A stretch of DNA of 64,000 nt from Macrostomum lignano (lineage: Eukaryota). The DNA lies in the NCBI GenBank assembly GCA_002269645.1, contig NIVC01003082.1, positions 56,815 to 120,814 of the forward strand. The letters run 5' to 3'. The position numbers and the translations under genes are program-made. The notes beneath the pieces were generated by a model that was not told the DNA's origin, ran no database searches, and saw nothing but the letters and a program-made list of their open reading frames with translations. This document shows positions 23,965-35,929 of this stretch, piece after piece (positions within the stretch are counted from its first letter, which is position 1; each line of letters opens with the position of its first letter).

Positions 23965-25455
23965 ACTCATGAGAAGATTGACGATAAACTCGAGAAGATT
24001 GACGATAAACTCATGAGAAGATTGATTATAAACTCATGAGAAGATTGAGGATAAACTCATGAGAAGATTGATTATAAACTCATGAGAAGATTGAGGATAA
24101 ACTCATGAGAAGATTGAGGATAAACTCATGAGAAGATTGAATATAAACTCATGAGAAGATTGAGGATAAACTCATGAGAAGATTGATTATAAACTCATGA
24201 GAAGATTGATTATAAACTCATGAGAAGATTGAGGATAAACTCATGAGAAGATTGATTATAAACTCATGAGAAGATTGAGGATAAACTCATGAGAAGATTG
24301 ATTATAAACTCATGAGAAGATTGATTATAAACTCATGAGAAGATTGATTATAAACTCATGAGAAGATTGAGGATAAACTCATGAGAAGATTGATTATAAA
24401 CTCATGAGAAGATTGAGGATAAACTCATGAGAAGATTGATTATAAACTCATGAGAAGATTGATTATAAACTCATGAGAAGATTGATTATAAACTCATGAG
24501 AAGATTGAGGATAAACTCATGAGAAGATTGATTATAAACTCATGAGAAGATTGATTATAAACTCATGAGAAGATTGATTATAAACTCATGAGAAGATTGA
24601 TTATAAACTCATGAGAAGATGAATTATAAACTCATGAGAAGATTGATTATAAACTCATGAGAAGATTGAGGATAAACTCATGAGAAGATTGATTATAAAC
24701 TCATGAGAAGATTGATTATAAACTCATGAGAAGATTGATTATAAACTCATGAGAAGATTGATTATAAACTCATGAGAAGATGAATTATAAACTCATGAGA
24801 AGATGAATTATAAACTCATGAGAAGATTGATTATAAACTCATGAGAAGATGAATTATAAACTCATGAGAAGATTGATTATAAACTCATGAGAAGATTGAT
24901 TATAAACTCATGAGAAGATGAATTATAAACTCATGAGAAGATTGAGGATAAACTCATGAGAAGATTGATTATAAACTCATGAGAAGATTGACGATAAACT
25001 CATGAGAAGATGAATAAACTTATAAGAAGATTGAGGATAATCTCATGAGAAGATTGAGGATAAACTCATGAGAAGATTGACGATAAACTCATGAAAAGAT
25101 GAATAAACTTATAAGAAGATTGATTATAAACTCATGAGAAGATGAATAAACTTATAAGAAGATTGAGGATAAACTCATGAGAAGATTGATTATAAACTCA
25201 TGAGAAGATTGACGATAAACTCATGAGAAGATGAATAAACTTATAAGAAGATTGATTATAAACTCATGAGAAGATTGATTATAAACTCATGAGAAGATGG
25301 ATTAGAAACTCATTGGAAGATGAATTATAAACTCATGAGAAGATGGATTATAAACTCATGAGAAGATGGATTATAAACTCATGAGAAGATTGAGGATAAA
25401 CTCACGAGAAGATTGAGGATAAAATTATGAGAAGATTGAGGATAAACGCGTGAGA
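23965..25455. repeat. Minisatellite, 23-bp unit aaactcatgagaagattgattat
   Basis: About 64 copies; contains the palindrome ctcatgag. Confidence 0.95.
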
Positions 25456-25959
25456 GATTTATGCTCATAAATATAATACGTTAAAAGTGGAAAAAGAATA
25501 CTAAAACGAATTTAAAAAATATATAAAGATGAGTTAGAATTCGAAATGATTAAATAAAAATGGCTACAACAGACAAACAGTGAGGTTGCAATATTTAGGC
25601 AACTCTGAAAAAAAAGCAGCTCTTTCCAGGCTTCACAGAGCATTGAAATAAATTTAACAGTTCTATTGATTATTTAACAGGTAGATTCACATTGCAAAGT
25701 AAAATTTGCACAAATGGGATGGTTTAACAATGGTTTTTTAGCTGCTAATTTTAATAGTTTATAAATGAATAAATTTTTTGCCGTAACTGATAGATATAAA
25801 CTAAGCTATTTACAAGCGCACAGTCAGGCATATAACATAGGACAGCTCTATATTAATGCAATTTTGCTGCAAAAACTGGGTTTCGATTTTTAAACACAAA
25901 AATACTGAGAAAAGAAAATAACAAATACAGGTGTGAGAGATGAGAAGGGCGAGATGGGG

Positions 25960-26480
25960 TGTAAAGGGGAAGATAAGGAATCAAAAGGGAAGATAGGGAA
26001 TCAAAGGGGAAGATAGGGAATCAAAGGGGAAGATGGTGGAATCAAAGAGGAAGATGGTGGAATCAAAAGGAAGATGGGGAATCAAAGAGGAAGATGGGGA
26101 ATCAAAGGGGAAATGGGGAATCAAAGGGGAAGATGGTGGAATCAAAGAGGAAAATGGGGAATTAAAGGGGAAGATGGTGGAATCAAAGAGGAAGATGGAG
26201 AATCAAAGGGGAAGATGGGGAATCAAAGGGGAAAATGGGGGAATCAAAGGGGAAGATGGGGGAATCAAAGGGGAAGATGGGGAATCAAAGAGGAAGATGG
26301 AGAATCAAAGGGGAAGATGGGGAATCAAAGGGGAAGATGGGGGAATCAAAGGGGAAGATGGGGGAATCAAAGGGGAAGATGGGGAATCAAAGGGGAAGAT
26401 GGGGAATCAAAGGGGAAGATGGGGAATCAAAGGGAAGATGGGGAATCAAAGGGGAAGATGGGGAATCAAAGGGAAGATGG
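25960..26480. repeat. Purine-rich minisatellite, 20-21-bp unit ggggaatcaaaggggaagat
   Basis: Visible tandem copies. Confidence 0.92.
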
Positions 26481-26832
26481 TGCATTGAGGCGGAGAAAAC
26501 AGACTCCAGTTAAAATAGAACAGGGAATCATCTTCAAGTAAGGCGGAAGGCAAAGCGTGTAGAAAATAGAGCCCATATATAACATTAAATTAAGCCTGCC
26601 GGACACTACTGACAGTAGCAAATCAAAAAACAAGGTAAATGTACGTTAAACAAAGTAAAGCAATAAAACGCGAGAAACAGGCGTCGAAACAGACGGAGCA
26701 AAGCGAATAGCGGCGGTGCAGCAATAAAAGCAACTTAAAGCAAGCAAAAGAAACTAGCTACTTAAACGGGCAAGCGGCATCGACAATCTGCGAGTGAAAA
26801 ATAGAACTCCATCTGACAAAAAATTATAAAAT

Positions 26833-29800
26833 TCATTTTGTCACGTTTCCATTGGCAGCATCGGTCTCGGCCCCGGCGTCGTCAATATCCTCATCGCAGT
26901 CCATATCGGAGCCGTTTGAAATCGACAATCTCAGTCGCTTCATATCCGCCGCATGTTGGTTCGCCTTGCTCTCAGCTTCTTCCTCATCCTGCTTGATTGC
27001 GTCATCATTGTTGTCGGTCTCCTCTCTGGTGGTCTCCAGCTGGCAGGCAAGCGTTTGACTGTTCCGTTTTAATAGGCGCCGATCCGTGGGCGATGAAGCA
27101 CCGGATGCTGGGCTGGTGTGTCTCAGCCTGGCGATGTCATTTTGGTTGGGAGAGCGTTCGCGCCAGTTTAAACTGATTACTTTACATTAATGAAGTTTAA
27201 ACCGCTAAAAGTCGATCACTACTTAAAACAAAAAGGATAAGTAAAATTTTTGTTTGATTGGTGGGTCAACGGTCTCAAGTGTGTGAGTCACCATTCTGAT
27301 CGGTGGGTCAATGGTCTTAAGTGCGTGGGTCACCATTCTGATCGGTGGGTCAACGGTCTCAAGTGTGTGGGTCACCATTCTGATCGGTGGGTCAACGGTC
27401 TTAAGTGCGTGGGTCACCATTCTGATCGGTGGGTCAACGGTCTCAAGTGTGTGGGTCACCATTCTGATCGGTGGGTCAACGGTCTCAAGTGTGTGAGTCA
27501 CCATTCTGATCGGTGGGTCAACGGTCTCAAGTGTGTGAGTCACCATTCTGATCGGTGGGTCAATGGTCTTAAGTGCGTGGGTCACCATTCTGATCGGTGG
27601 GTCAACGGTCTCAAGTGTGTGAGTCACCATTCTGATCGGTGGGTCAATGGTCTTAAGTGCGTGGGTCACCATTCTGATCGGTGGGTCAACGGTCTCAAGT
27701 GTGTGGGTCACCATTCTGATCGGTGGGTCAACGGCTTTAAGTGTGTGGGTCACCATTCTGATCGGTGCGTCAACGGTCTCAAGTGTGTAGGTCACCATTC
27801 TGATCGGTGGGTCAATGGTCTTAAGTGCGTGGGTCACCATTCTGATCGGTGGGTCAACGGTCTCAAGTGTGTGAGTCACCATTCTGATCGGTGGGTCAAT
27901 GGTCTTAAGTGCGTGGGTCACCATTCTGATCGGTGGGTCAACGGTCTCAAGTGTGTGGGTCACCATTCTGATCGGTGGGTCAACGGCTTTAAGTGTGTGG
28001 GTCACCATTCTGATCGGTGCGTCAACGGTCTCAAGTGTGTAGGTCACCATTCTGATCGGTGGGTCAACGGTCTCAAGTGTGTGGGTCACCATTCTGATCG
28101 GTGGGTCAACGGCTTTAAGTGTGTGGGTCACCATTCTGATCGGTGCGTCAACGGTCTCAAGTGTGTAGGTCACCATTCTGATCGGTGGGTCAATGGTCTT
28201 AAGTGCGTGGGTCACCATTCTGATCGGTGGGTCAACGGTCTCAAGTGTGTGAGTCACCATTCTGATCGGTGGGTCAATGGTCTTAAGTGCGTGGGTCACC
28301 ATTCTGATCGGTGGGTCAACGGTCTCAAGTGTGTGGGTCACCATTCTGATCGGTGGGTCAACGGCTTTAAGTGTGTGGGTCACCATTCTGATCGGTGCGT
28401 CAACGGTCTCAAGTGTGTAGGTCACCATTCTGATCGGTGGGTCAACGGTCTCAAGTGTGTGGGTCACCATTCTGATTGATGGGTCAACGATCTCAAGTGC
28501 GAGGGTCGATGTGTCAAAGATCCAAACTATGGGTCAAGAATCAAGATTTCAGTTGATGGAACGGACGGGATTTTAATCGGTGAGTTAGGGTCAAAATTTT
28601 AGTTAAACAAAATTTTCACTTTTAAAGAACTTTTTGATGCACTTATTTACAATATATAAAAGATCCATACCACCAAAAATAAAAATACATTAACCAGTAA
28701 AATATATAGATAGCAAAACCACCGTGAATTGCGTTTCGCACTAAGGTTTTAAAAAATGATTGCATTGTACTCGTAGTTTAAGCAGGACCGAACATAGGGC
28801 ATAAAAATAGCAGCACTCAAAACCACCAGTGCGCATCAAGTAAAACTGCAGCTACAATATAAATTACACCGTCTGGTGACTTTAAAGGCACAAAAAGCCG
28901 ATACACACACCCCTTAGCACAGCCATTGCTGACTGTGCTAACTGTAGTTGAACTTGCTGAAACATTAGGACTCCTTTGCTGCGCATGCGGTTCACCCGGC
29001 GGAGTTGGCGGTCTCAAACGAGGACGTTTGGCCTTTTGCATGGCAACACTGGGTGGAAACGGCGCACCGTGTTTAAAAGGCGATTGTAGGACAGGATTTG
29101 AGGAGGTTCTAGGACAGGATTAGGGGAGATTCTAGGGCAGGATTAGGGGAGGTTCTAGGGCAGGATTAGGGGAGGTTCTAGGGCAGGATTAGGGGAGGTT
29201 CTAGGGCAGGATTAGGGGAGGTTCTAGGGCAGGATTAGGGGCGATTCTAAGGCAGGATTAGAGAGATTCTAGGGCAGGATTAGGGGAGGTTCTAGGGCAG
29301 GACTAGGGGAGGTTCTAGGGCAGGATTAGGGGAGGTTCTAGGACAGGATTAGGGGCGATTCTAGGGCAGGATTAGGGGCGATTCTAGGGCAGGATTAGGG
29401 GAGGTTCTAGGGCAGGACTAGGGGAGGTTCTAGGGCAGGATTAGGGGAGGTTCTAGGACAGGATTAGGGGCGATTCTAGGGCAGGATTAGGGGCGATTCT
29501 AGGGCAGGATTAGGGGCGATTCTAGGGCAGGATTAGGGGAGATTCTAGGGCAGGATTAGGGGAGATTCTAGGGCAGGATTAGGGGAGGTTCTAGGACAGG
29601 ATTAGGGGCGATTCTAAGGCAGTATTAGGGGAGATTCTAGGGCAGGATTAGGGGAGATTCTAAGGCAGGATTAGGGGAGATTCTAAGGCAGGATTAGGGG
29701 AGGTTCTAGGACAGGATTAGGGGCGATTCTAAGGCAGGATTAGGGGAGATTCTAAGGCAGGATTAGGGGAGATTCTACGGCAGGATTAGGGGAGGTTCTA

Positions 29801-32800
29801 GGACAGGATTAGGGGCGATTCTAAGGCAGGATTAGGGGCGATTCTAGGGCAGGATTAGGGGAGGTTCTAGGGCAGGATTAGGGGAGGTTCTAGGGCAGGA
29901 TTAGGGGAGATTCTAGGACAGGATTAGGGGCGATTCTAAGGCAGGATTAGGGGAGATTCTAGGGCAGGATTAGGGGAGGTTCTAGGGCAGGATTAGGGGA
30001 GGTTCTAGGGCAGGATTAGGGGCGATTCTAAGGCAGGATTAGGGGAGGTTCTAGGACAGGATTAGGAGCGATTCTAGGGCAGGATTAGGGGAGATTGTAA
30101 GGCAGGATTAGGGGAGAATTTTTAGTATATGGAATTCTAGGATTAGGGGAGATTCTTGAATAGGATTAGAGGCGATTATACTGTTACGAAGGCCAACAAG
30201 TCGTTTGAAACAAAATAAACAGACGCAGGCTCAAGTAAAATCTCACCCAACAATAGGCGAATCTGGCGGTCTCTTGTTATTACCGGCACCATGGCCAGCA
30301 TCCTTAGCGGCCTTCTCCCTCAGCTGATTGTACCGCTGCTGCATCGACTGGCACATAGCAACCGCAGCTGGAGCCTTGGCAACCGCCTGTAGCAGGTCAG
30401 GCCAATACCGAGACTCCACAATATTAACAATCAAAGGAGCCAGGTCCTCCAGCAGTACGTATTCGAATAGCTCCAGCACAGAGGAGTGAATCATGTTGTA
30501 GCGGCTTCCATGCCTGCCTAGCAGCTGCACTACCGGGTCCAGCAGCCGCTGCCGGACCAAGCAGCGCATGTACAACTCGTCCTTTGCCGATGCTATTCGT
30601 CGAAGAAATCTCAGCGCGCTCAACGTCAGAAAGGCGTGACGAGAGCGCAGCAGGCATAGAGAATGACGCAACAGGTCGCTGGTGAGTAGTATGCCGCGAA
30701 AATGATTGACATGCTGCTCGGCTGAGAACAGAGCCAAGCCCAGGATGCAGTGCTGCAGCTGGGCCAACCGGTAGCTGTCATTTGTTGGCCCGCCGTCATT
30801 CTGCGGCTCCACAGACTCGTCAACTGGCGTGTTGGACAGCAGCGGCTGCAGCAGGCGGGGCATCACGCGCTGGTAGAAATAGCGGAGGAACTCCAGCTTC
30901 ACTGGCGTGGACCGGACCGGGCACAGCAGCTGGATGGGGAACGGGAGAAGGCTGGGCGGATGAGGCGCTGTGTTTATTGAAAATACTGCAAAGCAATGCC
31001 CGGTAAAGTCTGAGGATCTGGGAGGCTGGCCCATCAACTGAGGATCTGGGAGGCTGGCAGCCCAGCAACTGAGGATCTGGGAGGCTGGCCCAGCAACTGA
31101 GGATCTGGGAGGCTGGCCCAGCAGCTGAGGATCTGAGAGGCTGGCAGCCCAGCAACTGAGGATCTGGGAGGCTGGCCCAGCAACTGAGGATCTGGGAGGC
31201 TGGCCCAGCAACAGGATCTGGGAGGCTGGCCCATCAACTGAGGATCTGGGAGGCTGGCAGCCCAGCAACTGAGGATCTGGGAGGCTGGCCCAGCAACTGA
31301 GGATCTGGGAAGCTGGCAGCCCAGCAACTGAGGATCTGTGTCTCACACTGCCAGCAGGGTTGGTGAGGGCGGCATCAGGGTCCAGCATGGCTCTGATCAG
31401 GCACGCCAGCCGGTGCGCCTCGGACATCTCCGGGTCAGTGTCGCGACTCATGCGGCCCACGAGGCGGCTGAGCAGCAGGTCCGAGTCGGGCCGGTCAGCG
31501 GCTTCGTGCAGCAGGTGGTCACGCAGCAGGGGGGCGGAGTGGTCCACCAGGCACTGAAAGAGAATGTGTAATAGCAGGTAATTTTAAACTTAGTCATAAA
31601 AATTATTAGTATTGCTTTGCACCACCCCTTGCAGTAATTAGGATAAACTTTACGCATTATAGTCATTCTCTATACCAGTAATAAAAAGATATACGCACAA
31701 ATATACAACCTAGATAAGAATCTACTAATCTACCCATAAATCTACAAATCTGCACCAGAATCTACAAATCTACATTAGAATTTACAAATCTACATTAGAA
31801 TTTACAAATCTACATTAGAATTTACAAATCTACATTAGAATTTACAAATCTACATTAGAATTTACAAATCTACATTAGAATTTACAAATCTACATTAGAA
31901 TCTACAAATCTACATTAGAATCTACAAATCTACATTAGAATCTACAAATCTACATTAGAATTTACAAATCTACATTAGAATCTACAAATCTACATTAGAA
32001 TTTACAAATCTACATTAGAATCTACAAATCTGTCCAAAAACCTACAAATCTGCACCAGAATCTACAAATCTACACAAGAATCTACAAATCTGCCCCAGAA
32101 TATACAAATCTGCCCAAGAATCTACAAATCTACAATAGAATTCATAAATCTGCACCAGAATCTAAAAATCTACACTAGAATCTGCAAATCTGCACCAGAA
32201 TCTACAAATCTACACTAGAATCTGCAAATCTGCACCAGAATCTACAAATCTACACAAGAATCTACAAATCTACACCAGAACCTGCTAATCAACATGAAAA
32301 TCTACACTACAATCAGCAAATCTTCCCTAAAATCTGCAGATCTTCCCCAGGAGCTACAAATCTCTGAAAACTCATAGAAAATCAACTGAAACAAGCACAT
32401 CCACCTGCAGAACGTCTGTAGCAGCGGCCCCGACAGCCGGACACTGATCTGCCGCGGTGTACATGCAGCCGAGGGCTTCCAGCAGTCGCCCGCCGTTCAG
32501 CAGCTGCTCCTGCAGCCCAGCCAGCTGTCCCAGGCCGCACTGGCCCGACGGGCAGCAGCAGCAAAGCTCGCGGAGAAACCTGGCCAAATCCAGCATCCTG
32601 ACAGTGTCTGACGAGCTGCTGCACAGGCCATTCAACAGCTCAGCAACCAGATTGGCGTCCTGAACAATATCGGATGCAATTCTTAACCGGCCGGACAGCA
32701 CCAGCCCGCTGAGCTCCGACTGCTGGCCGAAACCTGCGGAGCTTCCGCCGCTGCCGCCTCCGCCTCCTTCGCCTCTCAGCGCCAGCGTCAGGAACTGCAC

Positions 32801-35519
32801 ATCGTCAAGCGGACTGGGAGGCGGCAGGGCGCAGTCTAGCAGGTACTGCAGCCGGTACTGTCGCCGAATTCTCTCGGCTAAGCCTGGCTGACGATCGAAA
32901 TTCAGCACCTGGCGAGGATTAGCCGCCTGACCGAGTACGAAATTCCGATGAGGCACCCGGCCGCTAGGCCGGTACTCCAGCATCCCTAAGGTGGCTAACA
33001 GTCGATCGTCCGGCATTGTTAAACTTTCTAATAGGCGGCGATGATTGAGCAGCAGAAGGCTGGTGGTTAATTCTTGCAATTGCTGAAGGCGCTCCACGTT
33101 GCCTTGCTGCTCAGCCCTGCGGTTGAGAAATATATGGTTTGAGATTACTCTTCTATAACCTGTGTTACCATGCCGTGACAGCTGTAAGCATCCCTGTCAC
33201 ACCTGTCAGCATCCCTGTCACACCTGTCAGCATCACTGTCACACCTGTCAGCATCGCTGTCACACCTGTCAGCATCGCTGTCACACCTGTCAGCATCGCT
33301 GTCACACCTATCAGCATCCCTGTTACACCTGTCAGCATCACTGTCACACCTGTCAGCATCGCTGTCACACCTGTCAGCATCGCTGTCACACTTGTCAGCA
33401 TCGCTGTCACACCTGTCAGCATCCCTGTCACACCTGTCAGCATCACTGTCACACCTGTCAGCATCACTGTCACACCTGTCAGCATCACTGTCACACCTGT
33501 CAGCATTGCTGTCACACCTGTCAGCATCACTGTCACACCTGTCAGCATTGCTGTCACACCTGTCAGCATCACTGTCACACCTATTACCCCCCACCCCGAA
33601 AGATCAGAGATTCAGAAACCCCTTCAAAGCAACTTACTCAGGGAATATCACGCAGCACAGTATTCTCGGATAGTCCTTTCTAATAGCGGACTCGGCCAGC
33701 TGATGCCCAATGGACAGGGGCGCCGGGCTGGTCCGGGAGGCGGTCACAAGGCGTGCGGCCTCAGCCAGGACGCTGGGCTCACATGGCGGCATCTCCACGC
33801 GGCTGAGAAGTTGAGTCACGGCGGCGAGGCCGCCTGCCCCAACGGGTCCGTCAGTGTATTCGAATTCGTCTGACCCATCTTCGTCCTCGGCTACTTCTTG
33901 GGTGACGTCAACTGAAGGATCCTTGCCCTGCACCCAGCAGATTCGGGCCCACACTTCTTCGCAGCCTTCCTTCTCCTGTTGAACCATTGTAATGAAAACA
34001 TTCATTGCTTTTAATTCTCTATTTTTGCTACCGAAGCACCTGTTTTTCTGCTCCTGATTTTCTACCTTACTCGAGCCTGGTCCTCCTCTGTTTCTAAGCC
34101 TGTTCCTCCCCTGTTCCTCCTCTGTTTCTAAGCCTGTTCCTCCCCTGTTTCAGAGCCTGTTCCTCCCCTGTTTCTAATCCTGTTCCTCCCCTGTTTCAGA
34201 GCCTGTTCCTCCCCTGTTTCTAATCCTGTTCCTCCCCTGTTTCAGAGCCTGTTCCTCCCCTGTTTCTAATCCTGTTCCTCCCCTGTTCCTCCTCTGTTTC
34301 TAAGCCTGTTCCTCCCCTGTTTCAGAGCCTGGTCCTCCCCTGTTCCTCCTCTGTTTCTAAGCCTGTTCCTCCCCTGTTTCAGAGCCTGGTCCTCCCCTGT
34401 TTCTAAGCCTGTTCCTCCCCTGTTCCTCCTCTGTTTCTAAGCCTGTTCCTCCCCTGTTTCAGAGCCTGTTCCTCCCCTGTTTCTAATCCTGTTCCTCCCC
34501 TGTTTCTAAGCCTGTTCCTCCCCTGTTTCTAATCCTGTTCCTCCCCTGTTTCTAATCCTGTTCCTCCCCTGTTTCTAAGCCTGTTCCTCCCCTGTTTCTG
34601 AGCCTGTTCCTCCCCTGTTTCTGAGCCTGTTCCTCCCCTGTTTCTGAGCCTGTTCCTCCCCTGTTTCTGAGCCTGTTCCTCCCCTGTTTCTGAGCCTGTT
34701 CCTCCCCTGTTTCTGAGCCTGTTCCTCCCCTGTTTCTGAGCCTGTTCCTCCCTGTTTCTAAGCCTGTTCCTCCCCTGTTTCAGAGCCTGTTCCTCCCCTG
34801 TTTCTGAGCCTGTTCCTCCCTGTTTCTGAGCCTGTTCCTCCCTGTTTCTAAGCCTGTTCCTCCCCTGTTTCTGAGCCTGTTCCTCCCTGTTTCTGAGCCT
34901 GTTCCTCCCCTGTTTCTGAGCCTGTTCCTCCCTGTTTCTGAGCCTGTTCCTCCCTGTTTCTGAGCCTGTTCCTCCCTGTTTCTGAGCCTGTTCCTCCCCT
35001 GTTTCTGAGCCTGTTCCTCCCTGTTTCTGAGCCTGTTCCTCCCTGTTTCTGAGCCTGTTCCTCCCCTGTTTCTGAGCCTGTTCCTCCCTGTTTCTAAGCC
35101 TGTTCCTCTGTCTATCTTAAGCTGAGCTTCCAAAAAGACATAAAACGTGAGACTACCTGAAAGCTCAAAGCCAAATCCAGGGACTCGGCCTCGGACCAGA
35201 CAATTAAAGTCTCCTGCTGCTTCTGGTAAGCGGTGTCCTGCTGTATACGGGACTCTAGCAGAGTGGAGCCGTCAATCTCGGACACAACCCACAGGCAAAC
35301 GCCAGTTAACCGCTCGATATAAGCCGAGCTCACATAGCCCGTGCCTCGATCGTCCCACTGCCTGTCATCGTTCAGCACGTACAGCTTAACCCGGCGTCTA
35401 AAACTGCTACTGTTATTACTGCTGGGATTACTACTAGTAGTAGTATTTCCAGGATCAAGCTCTGGAGCAGCATTGGCTTCGGTAGCCGCGCCATTGCCAT
35501 TGCAGTCACTGTTAAACAT
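26833..35519 (-). CDS. PPP4R3: Serine/threonine protein phosphatase 4 regulatory subunit 3 (SMEK/Falafel/Psy2), 7 exons, about 926 aa
   Basis: Exons 35519-35157, 33975-33638, 33116-32405, 31553-31347, 30929-30247, 29048-28911, 27172-26833, GT-AG and phase-consistent (2781 nt). EVH1-like N-terminus [25 protein letters not shown]...[50 protein letters not shown]; later blocks [47 protein letters not shown] match SMEK. The last two low-complexity exons are less certain. Confidence 0.92.
27255..28500. repeat. Minisatellite, 42-bp unit gtgggtcaacggtctcaagtgtgtgggtcaccattctgatcg (PPP4R3 intron 6)
   Basis: About 29 copies; roughly 2x21 substructure. Confidence 0.95.
29080..30175. repeat. Minisatellite, 23-bp unit ggattaggggaggttctagggca (PPP4R3 intron 5)
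   Basis: About 47 copies; related to the 22.5-kb array. Confidence 0.95.
31010..31338. repeat. Minisatellite, 25-31-bp unit aactgaggatctgggaggctggc(agc)ccagc (PPP4R3 intron 4)
   Basis: Visible tandem variants. Confidence 0.9.
31715..32370. repeat. Minisatellite, 20-bp unit tctacaaatctacattagaa (PPP4R3 intron 3)
   Basis: Visible tandem copies. Confidence 0.93.
33180..33582. repeat. Minisatellite, 21-bp unit cacacctgtcagcatcgctgt (PPP4R3 intron 2)
   Basis: About 19 copies. Confidence 0.95.
34070..35110. repeat. Minisatellite, 22-23-bp unit gagcctgttcctcccctgtttct (PPP4R3 intron 1)
   Basis: Visible tandem copies. Confidence 0.95.
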
Positions 35520-35929
35520 TTAGTCTATTCAAAAGAAACAGTGCAATTGAAAATATAGAGCTCTGTTTGACAACCCACAAAACACTTGTGAAATGTATTT
35601 TGTGTTTGATTGCCTTGGCTAGCTCGAGTTTCACAATAGTCAATGATTTGGACATGAATAAAATGAAATACATAAAATATTAATAATCAATTGACTATTC
35701 AAGGTCACAATTTATTATGGATATTGATAGTTATATAGGAACCCATTTCTTATACCCAGAGGACAATGGGAGAGGAAAAAATAGGGGAGAATGTGGTGGC
35801 ATAGCAGCCAATAGATGATGTCTAGCCATACATTTGCGCATCTAGCTAGCATAAATTATGGTAGACCAATGGTAGGTTACAAAATTGACAACTTATTTAT
35901 AGCAATTTTTATAACAAATTGAATATTTC

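Noticed and set aside
23965-25455. CRISPR-like appearance of 20-42-bp repeats
   Set aside because: Units are head-to-tail with no unique spacers, there are no cas genes, and the context is eukaryotic.
27223-28479. Long repetitive ORFs (415 and 409 aa here; also 2798-3274, 12874-13347, 15669-16284, 26033-26541, 33139-33873, 54596-56157)
   Set aside because: Translations of minisatellites, open on both strands or in several frames, mostly inside introns of well-supported genes.
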